DNA of 64,000 nucleotides from Botryllus schlosseri. Lineage: Eukaryota. The DNA lies in NCBI GenBank assembly GCA_051294905.1, contig CM119378.1:12276001-12340000 (forward strand), written 5' to 3'. The notes below the pieces were generated by a model. It was not told the DNA's origin. It made no database searches and saw nothing but the letters and a program-made list of their open reading frames with translations. The translations under genes were made by a program, and so were the position numbers. This document shows, one piece after another, positions 63,586 through 64,000 of the stretch (position 1 is its first letter; the number at the start of each line of letters is the position of its first letter).

Positions 63586-64000
63586 GGTTCTATACCAATA
63601 CCGAGAAAACCATTACCGAGAATGGACATTACCGAGAATGCCATTACCGAGAATGGACATTACCGAGAATGGACATTACCGAGAATGGTCATTACCGAAA
63701 ATGGACACCACCGAGAATGGACATTACCGAGAATGGCCAATGTCAAGAATATAGCTTACTGGGACTTTACGTTGTCGAGAAATTTATACCTGAGCATCGA
63801 TACCGAATGTGGCGACGCCGTGATGCACACACACGACATGTGCATATGCATAACATGCCTGCATTGCATATAGTGCATTCTCGGTAATGCCCATTCTCGG
63901 TGGTGTCCATTCTCGGTGATGTCCATTTTCGGTGGTGTCCAATCTCGGTAATGTCCATTCTCGGTGGTGTCCATTCTCGGTAATGGTTTTCTCGGTATTG
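63586..64000. mobile_element. Foldback-like element, copy B (runs off the window end)
   Basis: Starts GGTTCTATACCAATACCGAGAAAACC; left arm of 16-bp units to ~63745, shared core, inverted right arm from ~63875 to the window end. Confidence 0.9.

Noticed and set aside
63561-63974. MDITENGHYREWTLPR-repeat ORFs (also at 26763-27052)
   Set aside because: An artefact of the stop-free 16-bp unit cycling through three frames, with no evidence of a repeat protein.

Overview
This is eukaryotic (animal) genomic DNA, not prokaryotic. Many 58-67 nt GT-AG introns suggest a compact invertebrate chordate such as a tunicate, but that is inference. I can support one protein-coding gene: a complete 13-exon ADAMTS metalloprotease on the minus strand (ATG 17278 to TGA 6188; 3045 nt CDS, 1014 aa). 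I assembled it by hand; all introns are GT-AG and all splice phases are compatible. Domain order is signal peptide, prodomain, furin sites, reprolysin domain ([12 protein letters not shown]), disintegrin-like, TSR1, Cys-rich, spacer, TSR, Thr-rich linker, TSR. This matches the ADAMTS1/4/5/8/15 (aggrecanase) architecture. The remaining ~47 kb upstream has no recognisable gene but carries many short transposons. These include several hAT-type MITE families with 8-bp target-site duplications (one nested in another), a foldback-like family built from inverted 16-bp arrays, and a 47-bp micro-element with a 7-bp TSD. There are also faint transposase/retroelement relics and, downstream of the gene, a tRNA-derived SINE-like element. 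The most unexpected signal is a minimal type I hammerhead ribozyme motif with a complete catalytic core (24640-24673, minus strand), just downstream of a Penelope-like GIY-YIG C-terminal remnant. There is one 174-nt assembly gap. Most short ORFs in the supplied track appear to be noise. No database searches were run; family comparisons are from recall.
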